Of a stretch of DNA of 64,000 nt, positions 47,457-57,469 are shown in pieces (the stretch's first letter is position 1; each line of letters begins with the position of its first letter). Position numbers and translations under genes: made by a program. Below the pieces are notes generated by a model. It saw nothing but the letters and a program-made list of their open reading frames with translations, was not told where the DNA came from and searched no databases. The DNA comes from Bacteroidota bacterium (GTDB taxonomy: Bacteria > Bacteroidota > Bacteroidia > 2-12-FULL-35-15), in the NCBI GenBank assembly GCA_025963715.1, contig JAOQAG010000008.1, positions 23,907 through 87,906 of the forward strand, given 5' to 3'.

Positions 47457-49571
47457 ATGACATTCAAGAGATATACTGTTACTGCTGCTTTGCCTTATGC
47501 GAACGGGCCTGTACACATCGGCCACCTTGCAGGCTGTTATTTGCCTGCGGATATTTATGTACGTTACCTGCGCTCAAAAGGCGAAGATGTAAAATTTATT
47601 TGCGGATCGGACGAACACGGCGTGCCTATTACGATCAAAGCAAAAAAAGAAGGTATAACGCCGCAACAGGTGGTGGATAAATATCACAAAATAATGGGTG
47701 ATGCTTTCCGCGATTTTGGCGTTTCCTTCGATATTTATTCGCGCACTTCTTCACAGACACATCACGAAACGGCTTCCGGATTTTTTAAAACATTGTATGA
47801 TAAAGGTGTTTTTAAAGAGGAAGTAACGGAGCAATATTTTGATGAAAAAGCCAACCAGTTTCTGGCCGACCGCTACATTGTGGGAACTTGTCCGAAATGC
47901 GGCAATGAAAACGCTTATGGCGACCAGTGCGAAAATTGCGGCACGAGCTTAAATACAACCGACCTGATCAATCCGCGCTCGACGCTTTCCGGTGAAAAAC
48001 CGGTATTGAAAGAAACGAGGAACTGGTTTTTGCCTTTGGATAAAATGCAGCCGCAAATCGAGGCGTACATTGATTCGCACAAGGAGTGGAAAAGCAATGT
48101 GTTCGGGCAATGCAAAAGCTGGCTGAATGCGGGTTTGCAGCCGCGTGCTATGACGCGCGACCTGGATTGGGGCGTAAAAGTTCCGATCGAAGGTGCAGAG
48201 GGAAAAGTGCTGTATGTATGGTTTGACGCACCGATCGGGTATATTTCCGCTACCAAGGAATTATTCAGGAATAAGGATTTAGGAATTGGGATTGATGCCA
48301 ACCGCGGAACCGAACTGGGTACCAGAACCGGAATTTTGGATGATTCTGAATGGGAAAAATACTGGAAAGATAAAGATACCAAGCTGGTGCATTTTATCGG
48401 GAAGGATAACATTGTTTTCCATTGTATTATTTTCCCGGCAATGCTGATGGCGGAAGGTTCTTACATCCTGCCTGACAATGTTCCGGCGAATGAATTTTTG
48501 AACCTGGAAGGAAATAAAATTTCCACATCGCGCAACTGGGCGGTATGGCTGCACGAATATTTGCTGGAGTTTAAGGACAAGCAGGATGTATTGCGTTATA
48601 CGCTTTGCGCGAATGCACCGGAAACAAAGGACAATGATTTTACATGGAAAGATTTCCAGGCGAAAAACAACAATGAGCTGGTGGCGATCCTTGGAAATTT
48701 TATCAACCGCACGATGGTGCTGACGCATAAATATTACGAAGGAAAAGTACCGGTAGCGGCAGAATATACAAAAAGTGATATTTTATTGCTGGAAGAGATC
48801 AGCAAATATCCGGCGAAGATCGCGGCAAGCATTGAACAATACCGCTTCCGCGAAGCGCTGGGTGAATTGATGAACCTGGCGCGTTTGGGAAATAAATATT
48901 TAGCGGAAAATGAACCCTGGACGCTGATCAAAACGGATGAAAAACGTGTGCAAACGATCATGAATTTGTCGCTGCAGATCTCCGCTAACCTGAGTGTGCT
49001 GATGGAACCTTTCCTGCCATTCACTGCAAAGAAGCTGGGCGCGATGATGAACCTGAATACCGATTTAAAATGGAACGATGCAACGCGCACGGATCTTTTA
49101 CTGGCGGGGCACCAGGTCAATCCATCCAGCTTATTATTTGATAAAGTGGAAGATGATGTGATTGTTGCACAGGTACAAAAACTGGAAAATTCGAAAAAAG
49201 AAAATGAAGCGGCGAATGTTGCTGCTGTGGAGCCTGCAAAACCGGAAACATCCTTTGATGATTTTTCCAAAATGGACATTCGCATTGGTACCATTGTGGA
49301 AGCGGAACGTGTACCAAAAACCGACAAGCTTTTGAAATTGCTGATCGATACGGGAATTGACAAGCGTACGGTTGTTTCGGGCATTGCGGGATCATACAAA
49401 CCGGAAGAGATCATCGGGCAACAGGTAAGCATTTTGGTAAATCTTGCGCCACGTAAAATAAAAGGGATTGAAAGCCAGGGGATGATCCTGATGGCGGAAA
49501 ATAATAAAGGTGAATTGAGCTTTGTAGCGCCTACAAAAGCAGATATGAATAATGGCGGCGCTGTAAAATAA
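47457..49571 (+). CDS. metG: Methionine--tRNA ligase
   Basis: [13 protein letters not shown], Zn knuckles, [16 protein letters not shown]-terminal tRNA-binding domain. Confidence 0.97.
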   Translation: MTFKRYTVTAALPYANGPVHIGHLAGCYLPADIYVRYLRSKGEDVKFICGSDEHGVPITIKAKKEGITPQQVVDKYHKIMGDAFRDFGVSFDIYSRTSSQTHHETASGFFKTLYDKGVFKEEVTEQYFDEKANQFLADRYIVGTCPKCGNENAYGDQCENCGTSLNTTDLINPRSTLSGEKPVLKETRNWFLPLDKMQPQIEAYIDSHKEWKSNVFGQCKSWLNAGLQPRAMTRDLDWGVKVPIEGAEGKVLYVWFDAPIGYISATKELFRNKDLGIGIDANRGTELGTRTGILDDSEWEKYWKDKDTKLVHFIGKDNIVFHCIIFPAMLMAEGSYILPDNVPANEFLNLEGNKISTSRNWAVWLHEYLLEFKDKQDVLRYTLCANAPETKDNDFTWKDFQAKNNNELVAILGNFINRTMVLTHKYYEGKVPVAAEYTKSDILLLEEISKYPAKIAASIEQYRFREALGELMNLARLGNKYLAENEPWTLIKTDEKRVQTIMNLSLQISANLSVLMEPFLPFTAKKLGAMMNLNTDLKWNDATRTDLLLAGHQVNPSSLLFDKVEDDVIVAQVQKLENSKKENEAANVAAVEPAKPETSFDDFSKMDIRIGTIVEAERVPKTDKLLKLLIDTGIDKRTVVSGIAGSYKPEEIIGQQVSILVNLAPRKIKGIESQGMILMAENNKGELSFVAPTKADMNNGGAVK

Positions 49572-49595
49572 TTTCATCTTAATAATTTATTCTTT

Positions 49596-50135
49596 ATGAT
49601 ACAATTAATCCGGCTGATCGTTGCACTTGTTTTATGGATCTCACGTGCCAGTAAAAAACAAGGTATTTCAGGTACAAAACGAAAAACAACGAAACTGATC
49701 GAAAAGATCAATAATAATGAAGTTGACCTGAATGCATTTAAAGCGGATTATATCCTGAGAACCGGAATGGAAACGCTTCCTGCTGATCAGCTGTTGATGG
49801 AAGACAATGAGCTGGAGAAAGCTTTCCTGCAACTAAAAAGTACGGAAAAATTCAAGATCAGGATGTGTAAAAAAATCACGCGTGGCGAATATCTTTTTAT
49901 TGTTGATAGTTATATTCATGATATAGAAGTAACCGGCATTAGCGGAAATACAAAAGAGACCATCGTAGAGAATACATATATTTTTATTTTCAAAAAGAAT
50001 TCGAAAACAAATTCATACGAAGTGTATTCCGATCTTCACGATGCGGCGCAGGATAAAACATTGCGTGTTAATTTTTCCAAATTATTGTTTGATCTGATCA
50101 ATAAAAATAAAGTGGAAGCGGCGTTGCCTGCTTAA
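49596..50135 (+). CDS. Hypothetical protein with an N-terminal hydrophobic anchor
   Basis: 179-aa ORF 24 nt downstream of metG; no recognised motif. Confidence 0.6.
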   Translation: MIQLIRLIVALVLWISRASKKQGISGTKRKTTKLIEKINNNEVDLNAFKADYILRTGMETLPADQLLMEDNELEKAFLQLKSTEKFKIRMCKKITRGEYLFIVDSYIHDIEVTGISGNTKETIVENTYIFIFKKNSKTNSYEVYSDLHDAAQDKTLRVNFSKLLFDLINKNKVEAALPA

Positions 50136-50182
50136 TGTGTTGTAGAACAATGTCGTTATGGAAACAGAAATATTTTTCTGAT

Positions 50183-50276
50183 CTGTCATCCCGGGCTTGA
50201 CCCGGGATCTGCCAATTAAGAACTGCGTAGATGCTGCAAGTGTTTAGCAGATCCCGGGTCAAGCCCGGGATGACAG
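50183..50276. repeat. REP doublet (REPIN-like) with perfect 30-bp inverted arms
   Basis: ctgtcatcccgggcttgacccgggatctgc ... gcagatcccgggtcaagcccgggatgacag. Confidence 0.9.
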
Positions 50277-50474
50277 TATTATTTGTGAATATTGTAACAA
50301 CAACATTTCCTTACAACAATATCTGTATTTTCAATTTTCACTGACTGTATTTTCTAAAAAGGTTGCTTGCAAAAACTTTTTTTATTTGCAATATATTTTT
50401 CATGGAGCTGTATCATTTGAAAGAGTTGATCGTTATAGAACCAAAACTATTCCGTTAAATAACTATTAAAACAA

Positions 50475-52631
50475 TTGCATTTGCGCTCTCTTCTACTCCT
50501 GCTTTTTTCTTTCCTGAGCTTTGGTTTGGCCGCCCAGGAAACATTTACATTATCAGATTCTATATTGCCAAACACAACCGGTTTTGAACGAAATCCGGTG
50601 AAGCTTGTACAGAAGCTCAGCGAAGGAAAAAACAGCGACAAGGAAAAGTTTGATGCTATTTTTACCTGGGTAGTAAAAAATATCCGTTACGATTATTATT
50701 CTTACCTCTCTCCAAGCGGTGCGTCCATGCCGAGAGTTGACAGGATCCTTAAATATAAAAGAGGAATCTGCATCGACTATGCTTATCTGATGGATACTTT
50801 ATGCAACCTTGCAGGGATCCAAAATGTTTCTATTTATGGTTATGCCAAGGATGATCTGTTTGATGTGAACGATTCGATCTACATGGATAATCATGCCTGG
50901 AATGCGGTGAAGCTGAACAATTACTGGTATCTATATGATGTTACCTGGTCGTCGGGAAAATACATGTGGAAGTATACAAAATTCAGTAAGCGTATTGTTG
51001 ATGCGAAGAAAAAACTCCTTTCAAAAGGGAAAGAAAAAAAGGTGATCTTTAAATCTACGCGGATCACTGAATGTGATACCACGCATTTCTCTTACGAGCA
51101 AACTTACACTGCTTTATCCTTAAAGCACAGGCTTCTCTATAAGCTTCTTTCCAGATTTAGAATTAAAAAACGACCGTATTTTGCTAAAGTCGGGCGGCCC
51201 GATTATTATTTAACAGAACCAAAAGTTTTTGCCATTACCCACTTTCCGGATAATCCGTATTGGGCGCTGCACAGCGACTACAAAACCTGCAGGGATTTTG
51301 AAACCGACAGCGCTTATTATAACCTGAATGACAGCACGTATATAAAACAAAAAAGAGAACCTAATTTTTGCCTGGATTGTGATAGTTATTTTGCGCTTGA
51401 TGAAATGGCGAAGCAAAAACAATTGAGAAATAACAGCTATAATTTTAATAAAAGAAACAGGTTCATTACCTGGTTATGTAATTACAATATCGCTAATATC
51501 TTTTACAACAAATCACTTCCGGAAACGGACTCGACGGCAAAGATCAACCTGATCGATTCGTCGCTTACTTATTATTCAAATGCCAAAAATGATCTGCGCC
51601 AATGCGTTATTAATGTAAATAAAGAGAATCAGCTGCAGATGGCAAAAAACACGTTAAAATCAAGGATCCTTTATGATGAAAATAAAAAGCATACACTTTT
51701 TATGCATGCTATTATAGCTGCGACCTATAAAGAAACAGGCAAGATGAATCATTTTTCGCAGGAAAATAAAGTTGCTGTAAAAAGATTCCGGCTGAAGAAA
51801 AAAAAATTGTCCGGGATTACCGGGAATGTAGAAATTAAATCACGTGGGTTCAGGACAAAAGAAAACGTAAAAGCAATTCAGTTGAAATTTAAAAAAGATG
51901 TAGAAACAGCAGATTCATTGAACAACGAGTTCACTATCTTATTGGCATCCTACAATCAAATGGTGCCGGAGCTTTCTGATAAGCTCTGGAAAAAAATAAA
52001 GCTCCAGGATTCACTCGCCATGCCATTTGTATATGGAAGCATTTACCGGTGGCTATATCTGCTTGATAATTATAAAAAAGTGATTGTTGAAGAAAGAAAA
52101 AATATCGGGAAGTATGAAAAAAAATACATGCTCGATCTGCAGGACAGTATCTTTTTTCTTTCGGAGCGCTGTGCAGATAGCGGCATGCAATTATTCGATC
52201 TTCTTGAAAAGAGAAACAATCTTTATATAGAATCGACAAAGCTGGCGGCTATATTAACGGAAGAAACCAAGATCAGCAAAGATTCTTTAAAGAAATTTGT
52301 TAAGTTAAACAATGACAGGATCCAGGAAAATATTTGCTGGGTGGTTGGCGGTACTTCAAAATTAAAATCTGTTGTAACAGGATATAAATTAATTGTGAAT
52401 CGCCAAAAAATGATCGAACAGCTTATAAAAGGTGAAAACCGCAGTGAATATGGGAGATACAAAGAGGTTAACAGAGAAATTCTCCGCAGAAAAGTAAAAT
52501 TCAGAAATATTCCTATGCATAATTTAAGGGTAACATCACGGGGAAAAAATTCAGTTATTCATTACAAACGCAACTATCTGCAAAGCTTAAAAGAAGCGCG
52601 AAAAAAGGAAAAGAATAAAAAGCACAAGTAG
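50475..52631 (+). CDS. Secreted transglutaminase-like (KY/CYK3-type) cysteine protease domain protein
   Basis: Signal peptide; WVVKNIRYD, GICIDYA (Cys), HAWNAV (His), DVTW (Asp); long helical C-terminus. Confidence 0.82.
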   Translation: MHLRSLLLLLFSFLSFGLAAQETFTLSDSILPNTTGFERNPVKLVQKLSEGKNSDKEKFDAIFTWVVKNIRYDYYSYLSPSGASMPRVDRILKYKRGICIDYAYLMDTLCNLAGIQNVSIYGYAKDDLFDVNDSIYMDNHAWNAVKLNNYWYLYDVTWSSGKYMWKYTKFSKRIVDAKKKLLSKGKEKKVIFKSTRITECDTTHFSYEQTYTALSLKHRLLYKLLSRFRIKKRPYFAKVGRPDYYLTEPKVFAITHFPDNPYWALHSDYKTCRDFETDSAYYNLNDSTYIKQKREPNFCLDCDSYFALDEMAKQKQLRNNSYNFNKRNRFITWLCNYNIANIFYNKSLPETDSTAKINLIDSSLTYYSNAKNDLRQCVINVNKENQLQMAKNTLKSRILYDENKKHTLFMHAIIAATYKETGKMNHFSQENKVAVKRFRLKKKKLSGITGNVEIKSRGFRTKENVKAIQLKFKKDVETADSLNNEFTILLASYNQMVPELSDKLWKKIKLQDSLAMPFVYGSIYRWLYLLDNYKKVIVEERKNIGKYEKKYMLDLQDSIFFLSERCADSGMQLFDLLEKRNNLYIESTKLAAILTEETKISKDSLKKFVKLNNDRIQENICWVVGGTSKLKSVVTGYKLIVNRQKMIEQLIKGENRSEYGRYKEVNREILRRKVKFRNIPMHNLRVTSRGKNSVIHYKRNYLQSLKEARKKEKNKKHK

Positions 52632-52716
52632 AAAACAGGTTTCTAAAAAAAGTATATCTTTATAATTGCATTCAGGAAGGTTTTCCGGATGCAATTTTTA
52701 TTTTAAACCAACCACG

Positions 52717-54873
52717 ATGAAAAAAGGATTTTTAATTATTTCGGCTTTTATCGCGCTGACGCAGATAGCTGTTGCGCAAACAAAAATGCTGACGATGGAA
52801 GAAGCTGTTGTGAAACAAAAAACAACGCTTGCTCCCTCCAAACTTGCGCAGCTGATGTGGGTAAAAGGCAGCACTACCTATTCTTTTATTGATAAACAAA
52901 ATCCGGAAGAAATGCTGGCGACCGGAAGCGCCGATAATACCACTGCGAAAGAGATCCTGAGCTTAACGCAACTGAATACTGCATTGAGCACAGTGAACCA
53001 GAAAGCGATGAAAACGTTTCCGGTGATCACCTGGAAAAATGATAAACAATTTACGTTTGAAGTTGATAAACAATTGCTGAGCTACGACCTGGATGCAAAA
53101 AAAGTAACGGTGGAAGCCACTCGTGATTTTGGCGATGGCGCGGAGAATACGGATGTTGCTAACAAAACAAATTATGTAGCGTACACTGTAAACAATAATT
53201 TGTTTGTGTATGATGGAAAAAATAACCTGATCGTGACGAATGATAAGGATGAAAATATTGTGAACGGAAAATCGGTACACCGTGAAGAATTTGGCATTGT
53301 GAAAGGAACATTCTGGTCGCCAAATGGCAATTTACTGGCGTTTTACCGCATGGATCAAACAATGGTAACGGATTATCCGATCATCGACTGGACTACCCGC
53401 CCGGCTACAAATCACAATATTAAATACCCGATGGCCGGTGATAAAAGCCATGAAGTAACGGTTGGAATTTACAATGTGAATACAGGTAAAACGGTGTTCC
53501 TGAATACCGGTGAGCCGAAGGAGCAATACCTGACGAACATTGCCTGGAGCCCGGATGAACAATTTGTTTACATTGCTGTTTTGAACCGCGAACAAAATCA
53601 TTTGAAATTAAATAAATACAGTGTGGCAAGCGGACTGATCGAAAAAACATTGTTTGAGGAAACTAATGATAAGTATGTGCATCCAACGCATACGATGGTA
53701 TTTTTACCGACCAATCCCAATCAATTTATCTGGCAAAGCGAACGCGATGATTACAATCAGTTGTATTTGTATAGCGCCGATGGTAAGCTGATCAAACAAT
53801 TGACAAAAGGCAATTGGGTGGTAACGGATTTCGCAGGATTTGATAGCAAATGTACACGGGCCTTTTACACGGCAACAACTGAAAGCGGCATCACGCGTAA
53901 TTTTTACAGCGTAGATCTGAAAAAAGGAAAGATCACACGCATCACACAAGGCGACGGTACACATACGGCAACGCTGAGCAGCAACGGAAATTACATTCTT
54001 GATAATTTTCAAAGCACTTCCGTTCCGCGGAATATTTATGTGATCCCGACAAACGGAAAAGCTGCAAAACAAATTTATACGGCCGCAAACCCGCTGGCAG
54101 ATTATAAACTGGGAAGCATGAGCATTTTCACATTAAAAAGTGATAACGGCGATGACTTGTATTGCCGGTTGTTTAAACCGGTAGATTTTGATGAGAATAA
54201 AAAATACCCAACCATTGTTTATTTATACAACGGCCCGAATGTGCAGATGGTGAACAATACCTGGAATGGTGGTGGCGACCTGTGGTTCCAATACATGGCG
54301 GAACACGGGTATGTGGTTTTTACGATGGACGGAAGAGGCAGCTGGAACCGCGGATTGGCTTTTGAACAGGCGTCATTCCGGCATCTGGGGGTTACGGAAA
54401 TGAAAGATCAGATGGTGGGTGTTGATTTTTTAAAAAGTCAGAAATACGTGGACGCAAGCCGCATGGGCTTATTTGGCTGGAGCTTCGGCGGATTTATGAC
54501 CACCAGCATTATGACGCGTTACCCTGATGTGTTTAAAGCAGCGGTAGCGGGTGGCCCGGTGATGGACTGGAGCTATTATGAAGTGATGTATACGGAGCGT
54601 TACATGGATACGCCGCAGGAAAACCCCGACGGTTACAAGGAAGCGCGCACGATGAATTACATTGATAACCTGAAAGGGAAATTAATGCTGATCCATGGAA
54701 CGCAGGATCCGGTGGTGGTTTGGCAGCAAAGCATTATGTTTTTGAAAGCTTGTGTGGATAAAGGAAAACAGGTGGATTATTTTGTATACCCGGGGCATGA
54801 ACATAATGTTTTGGGGAAAGACAGGCAGCAATTGTATCAGAAAGTGACGGATTATTTTATGCAAAATTTGTAA
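52717..54873 (+). CDS. S9B family dipeptidyl/prolyl tripeptidyl peptidase (DPP-IV-like)
   Basis: GWSFGG nucleophile motif, HGTQD, YPGHEH; DPPIV N-terminal propeller; ATG at 52717. Confidence 0.94.
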   Translation: MKKGFLIISAFIALTQIAVAQTKMLTMEEAVVKQKTTLAPSKLAQLMWVKGSTTYSFIDKQNPEEMLATGSADNTTAKEILSLTQLNTALSTVNQKAMKTFPVITWKNDKQFTFEVDKQLLSYDLDAKKVTVEATRDFGDGAENTDVANKTNYVAYTVNNNLFVYDGKNNLIVTNDKDENIVNGKSVHREEFGIVKGTFWSPNGNLLAFYRMDQTMVTDYPIIDWTTRPATNHNIKYPMAGDKSHEVTVGIYNVNTGKTVFLNTGEPKEQYLTNIAWSPDEQFVYIAVLNREQNHLKLNKYSVASGLIEKTLFEETNDKYVHPTHTMVFLPTNPNQFIWQSERDDYNQLYLYSADGKLIKQLTKGNWVVTDFAGFDSKCTRAFYTATTESGITRNFYSVDLKKGKITRITQGDGTHTATLSSNGNYILDNFQSTSVPRNIYVIPTNGKAAKQIYTAANPLADYKLGSMSIFTLKSDNGDDLYCRLFKPVDFDENKKYPTIVYLYNGPNVQMVNNTWNGGGDLWFQYMAEHGYVVFTMDGRGSWNRGLAFEQASFRHLGVTEMKDQMVGVDFLKSQKYVDASRMGLFGWSFGGFMTTSIMTRYPDVFKAAVAGGPVMDWSYYEVMYTERYMDTPQENPDGYKEARTMNYIDNLKGKLMLIHGTQDPVVVWQQSIMFLKACVDKGKQVDYFVYPGHEHNVLGKDRQQLYQKVTDYFMQNL

Positions 54874-54902
54874 TTTCAGTATTGAATTTAAAAAAAACGA
54901 TC

Positions 54903-55712
54903 ATGGCAACAGCAGCAAAAATTAACTGGGAAGCGGCTTTTCAACCGCTGATCAAAAAATACAAAGGCAAACAGCATCCGCTGGATTATAAAAATACGTA
55001 CCAGCTGATGGTCATGGTGATCTTGTCGGCGCAGGATTCCGACCGGCATATCAACAGCCTGGCGGAGCCATTGTTCAAAGCTTTTCCAAACATGGAAGCG
55101 CTGGCGCGTGCCGATTACGAAGCGCTGATCCCTTTTGTAGGCAAGGTGCGCAACTCGGGTAATAAAATGAAATGGCTGATGCAGATCGCGCAGACACTTA
55201 AAACGGATAAAAGTATACCGCAAACACTGGAGGAATTAACGAAACTACCCGGTATAGGCCGTAAATCGGCGAACGTGATCCTGCGTGAAAGCGGCAAAAA
55301 GGCGGAAGGCATTATTGTGGATCTGCACGTGGTGCGTGTGGCGCCACGGATTGGCATAGCAACAGGCACCGATCCTAAAAAGATTGAGCAGCAGCTGATG
55401 GATGCATTACCACAGAAAGATTGGGGCGAAGTTGGGATGGCAATCTCGTTTTTAGGCCGCGAAACCTGCAGACCAACCGACCCGAAACATGCGGAATGTG
55501 TGATGAAAACGCATTGTGAGTATTTCAGATCAATGACAACTGGGAAGAAAGCACCATCTGAGAAAAAGGCGGCACCAGTGAAAAATGCAGCAGCAACGAA
55601 GAAGGTGGCGGTAAAAAAAATTGCCGCGAAGAAAAAAGCCGCACCGGCTAAAAAGACTGCAGTAAAGAAAAAAACAGCTGTGGCGAAGAAATCTGTGGGT
55701 AAGAGAAAGTAA
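54903..55712 (+). CDS. nth: Endonuclease III with a Lys/Ala-rich C-terminal tail
   Basis: VILSAQDSD, HhH LPGIGRKSANV, IVDLHV; cluster motif C-x6-H-x2-C-x5-C. Confidence 0.9.
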   Translation: MATAAKINWEAAFQPLIKKYKGKQHPLDYKNTYQLMVMVILSAQDSDRHINSLAEPLFKAFPNMEALARADYEALIPFVGKVRNSGNKMKWLMQIAQTLKTDKSIPQTLEELTKLPGIGRKSANVILRESGKKAEGIIVDLHVVRVAPRIGIATGTDPKKIEQQLMDALPQKDWGEVGMAISFLGRETCRPTDPKHAECVMKTHCEYFRSMTTGKKAPSEKKAAPVKNAAATKKVAVKKIAAKKKAAPAKKTAVKKKTAVAKKSVGKRK

Positions 55713-55718
55713 AAAAGC

Positions 55719-55726
55719 TAAATTTG
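55719..55726 (+). promoter_or_regulatory. Bacteroidota -7 promoter element upstream of the pseudo-tRNA/GIY-YIG/tRNA locus
   Basis: TAAATTTG followed by CA. Confidence 0.55.
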
Positions 55727-55805
55727 CAGGCGCAGATTTTAACACGGAGAGCACAGAGGAGAAGAGAGCTGCACGGAGATCGCGCCTGAATTTATATAAA
55801 TTATT

Positions 55806-55941
55806 GGTTTCGTAGTTCAACGCCCGCCTGCGCGAAAAGCGCATTCGGGTAAAGATAGAATAGAAGTTTACTAAACTTTTGATCCCAGTTCCCTGCCCGA
55901 ACGTGCTTTTCGCACGGGCGGGGATTCTGGTGGACGAGACA
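55806..55941 (+). pseudogene. Degenerate tRNA-Arg copy interrupted by two 31-bp hairpin insertions
   Basis: Removing 55823-55853 and 55892-55922 restores a near copy of 56290-56361; anticodon CCT->ACT; 3' acceptor strand altered. Confidence 0.88.
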
Positions 55942-55965
55942 AAAAAAAGGACGATTGAGAAGAGG

Positions 55966-56211
55966 ATGATGTACTATGCATATGTTTTAAAGAGTTTAAA
56001 AGACGGTTCATTATATAAAGGACATTGTGAGAATATTGAAATACGACTGAAACAACATAATAGCGGAAAAACTCAATCTATTTCTGGTAAACTTCCTTTT
56101 GAAGTAACATATTTTGAGAATTTTGAAACGCGTGAAAATGCAATTGCCAGAGAAAAATATTTTAAAAGCGCTGCTGGCAGACGATTTTTGAAACAAAAAT
56201 TAAATTTATAA
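55966..56211 (+). CDS. Small stand-alone GIY-YIG nuclease
   Basis: YYAYVLKSLKDGSLYKGHC..RLKQHNSG..ENAIAREKYFKSAAGR; start 55966 or 55969. Confidence 0.9.
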   Translation: MMYYAYVLKSLKDGSLYKGHCENIEIRLKQHNSGKTQSISGKLPFEVTYFENFETRENAIAREKYFKSAAGRRFLKQKLNL

Positions 56212-56216
56212 ACATT

Positions 56217-56278
56217 GGTTTAATAGTTCAACGCCCGCCCGTGTGAAAAGCAGGTTCGGGTGAAGATAGAATAAAAGT
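56217..56278 (+). pseudogene. 5' fragment of tRNA-Arg with a 31-bp hairpin insertion
   Basis: ggtttaatagttcaacg [cccgcccgtgtgaaaagcaggttcgggtgaa] gatagaataaaagt; same insertion point as in the 55806 copy. Confidence 0.82.
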
Positions 56279-56289
56279 GTAAAATTATT

Positions 56290-56361
56290 GGTTTCGTAGT
56301 TCAACGGATAGAATAGAAGTTTCCTAAACTTTTGATCCCAGTTCGATTCTGGGCGAGACCA
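56290..56361 (+). tRNA. tRNA-Arg(CCT)
   Basis: Acceptor stem GGTTTCG/CGAGACC, anticodon arm GAAGT-TTCCTAA-ACTTT, T arm CCCAG-TTCGATT-CTGGG, discriminator A; CCA not encoded. Confidence 0.95.
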
Positions 56362-56362
56362 C

Positions 56363-56390
56363 AAAAGCCTCACAGAAATGTGGGGCTTTG
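56363..56390 (+). terminator. Terminator-like hairpin after the tRNA
   Basis: aaagcctcaca-gaaa-tgtggggcttt. Confidence 0.65.
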
Positions 56391-56511
56391 TACTTAATAG
56401 TGAATATTTCACAACATTTAAGCTAGTTACCATATATCATAATAAGAAACACCAAAGTAGTATTCAGCAGGTTTCTGTCTTTTTTTACTTTTATCTTGAA
56501 AAACAAGTATA

Positions 56512-57237
56512 ATGAAACATCTAATAATCTTTCTTTTTCCTTTGCTGATCATAAGTTGTAATACAGATCAGAAAACGAAAGACGATCGGAGAAAAACGAG
56601 TTTAAAGCCAGAAGGTTTTATTAAAAATCAGGTTTTACTTACTAACTATGCAACATTTAAAGGCGGACAGTCATTGAATGGTGCAAGCGCATTTTTGATT
56701 GAATATAAAAACACTGTTTATGCTGTTACCGCTAAACATTTAATTGGAGAAGCCGGAGGTGTTACACCGGAGGTAAATCAAACAGCACTTTCAACAGAGT
56801 TATTAAGTTGGAAAATGTTTCCACGTGTACCTATCGATCCTTCAAGAGATACCGTAGTTGTAAATGCAACACATTTGAACTACCAAAAAAACAAAAGCGA
56901 CGCTTTATTGCTTAATACAATAAGTAATCATTCCAACATTAAACCTTTGATACCGTGTTTTAACATACCCACCACAGGAGATTCGTTGTTCCTAATAGGT
57001 TGCCCTTACAGCGAGACAGACTGTAAGCAAAACATTTACAAAGCTCTTTTTTTAAACGTTGAGCAAGGTTTTTTGAGATGTGAAATAAAATTTAATATCG
57101 AAATGGCTGGTTTTAGCGGGGCACCATTATTAAATAGCGAAGGACAAGTAGTAGGAATTATTTATGGCGGTGGAGAATCTGATGGTAAAAATTATATTTT
57201 AGCAACCCCTATAAATGAAATTCAATCCATAGAATAA
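56512..57237 (+). CDS. Trypsin-like serine protease lipoprotein
   Basis: IISC lipobox; VTAKH, SDALLL, GFSGAPL. Confidence 0.8.
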   Translation: MKHLIIFLFPLLIISCNTDQKTKDDRRKTSLKPEGFIKNQVLLTNYATFKGGQSLNGASAFLIEYKNTVYAVTAKHLIGEAGGVTPEVNQTALSTELLSWKMFPRVPIDPSRDTVVVNATHLNYQKNKSDALLLNTISNHSNIKPLIPCFNIPTTGDSLFLIGCPYSETDCKQNIYKALFLNVEQGFLRCEIKFNIEMAGFSGAPLLNSEGQVVGIIYGGGESDGKNYILATPINEIQSIE

Positions 57238-57337
57238 TTAAAACGTATAGTCATTGAGTATAGCTGTAATTTTAGCAATTATATAACTTACTAAGAAAAC
57301 TATTACCTTTTAACAATAGCTATTACAATGGTTAATC

Positions 57338-57469
57338 CAGCAAAACATAATTTTTCAATCTAAATAATAACTTAATATCTTCTAATAAAAGGTTCGTATT
57401 TTCGCTGGGAGAGACCGCCACAAAAGCAGAAAGCCTCAACCTACCGGTTGGGGCTTTCACTTTTGTGGC
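57338..57469 (+). repeat. ~80-bp direct repeat ending in tRNA-3'-like sequence, plus long hairpin (copy 1)
   Basis: cagcaaaacataattttt..aataataacttaatatcttc..aaaaggttcg.a.tttcgctggg; hairpin 57417-57469. Confidence 0.8.

Noticed and set aside
55806..55941. Intron-containing or functional tRNA with ACT anticodon
   Set aside because: The inserts are 31-bp members of a dispersed DNA hairpin family, too short for self-splicing introns, and the acceptor stem is damaged.
55879..55965. N-terminal extension of the GIY-YIG ORF
   Set aside because: It is translated pseudo-tRNA and hairpin sequence; the domain begins at MMYYAYVL.
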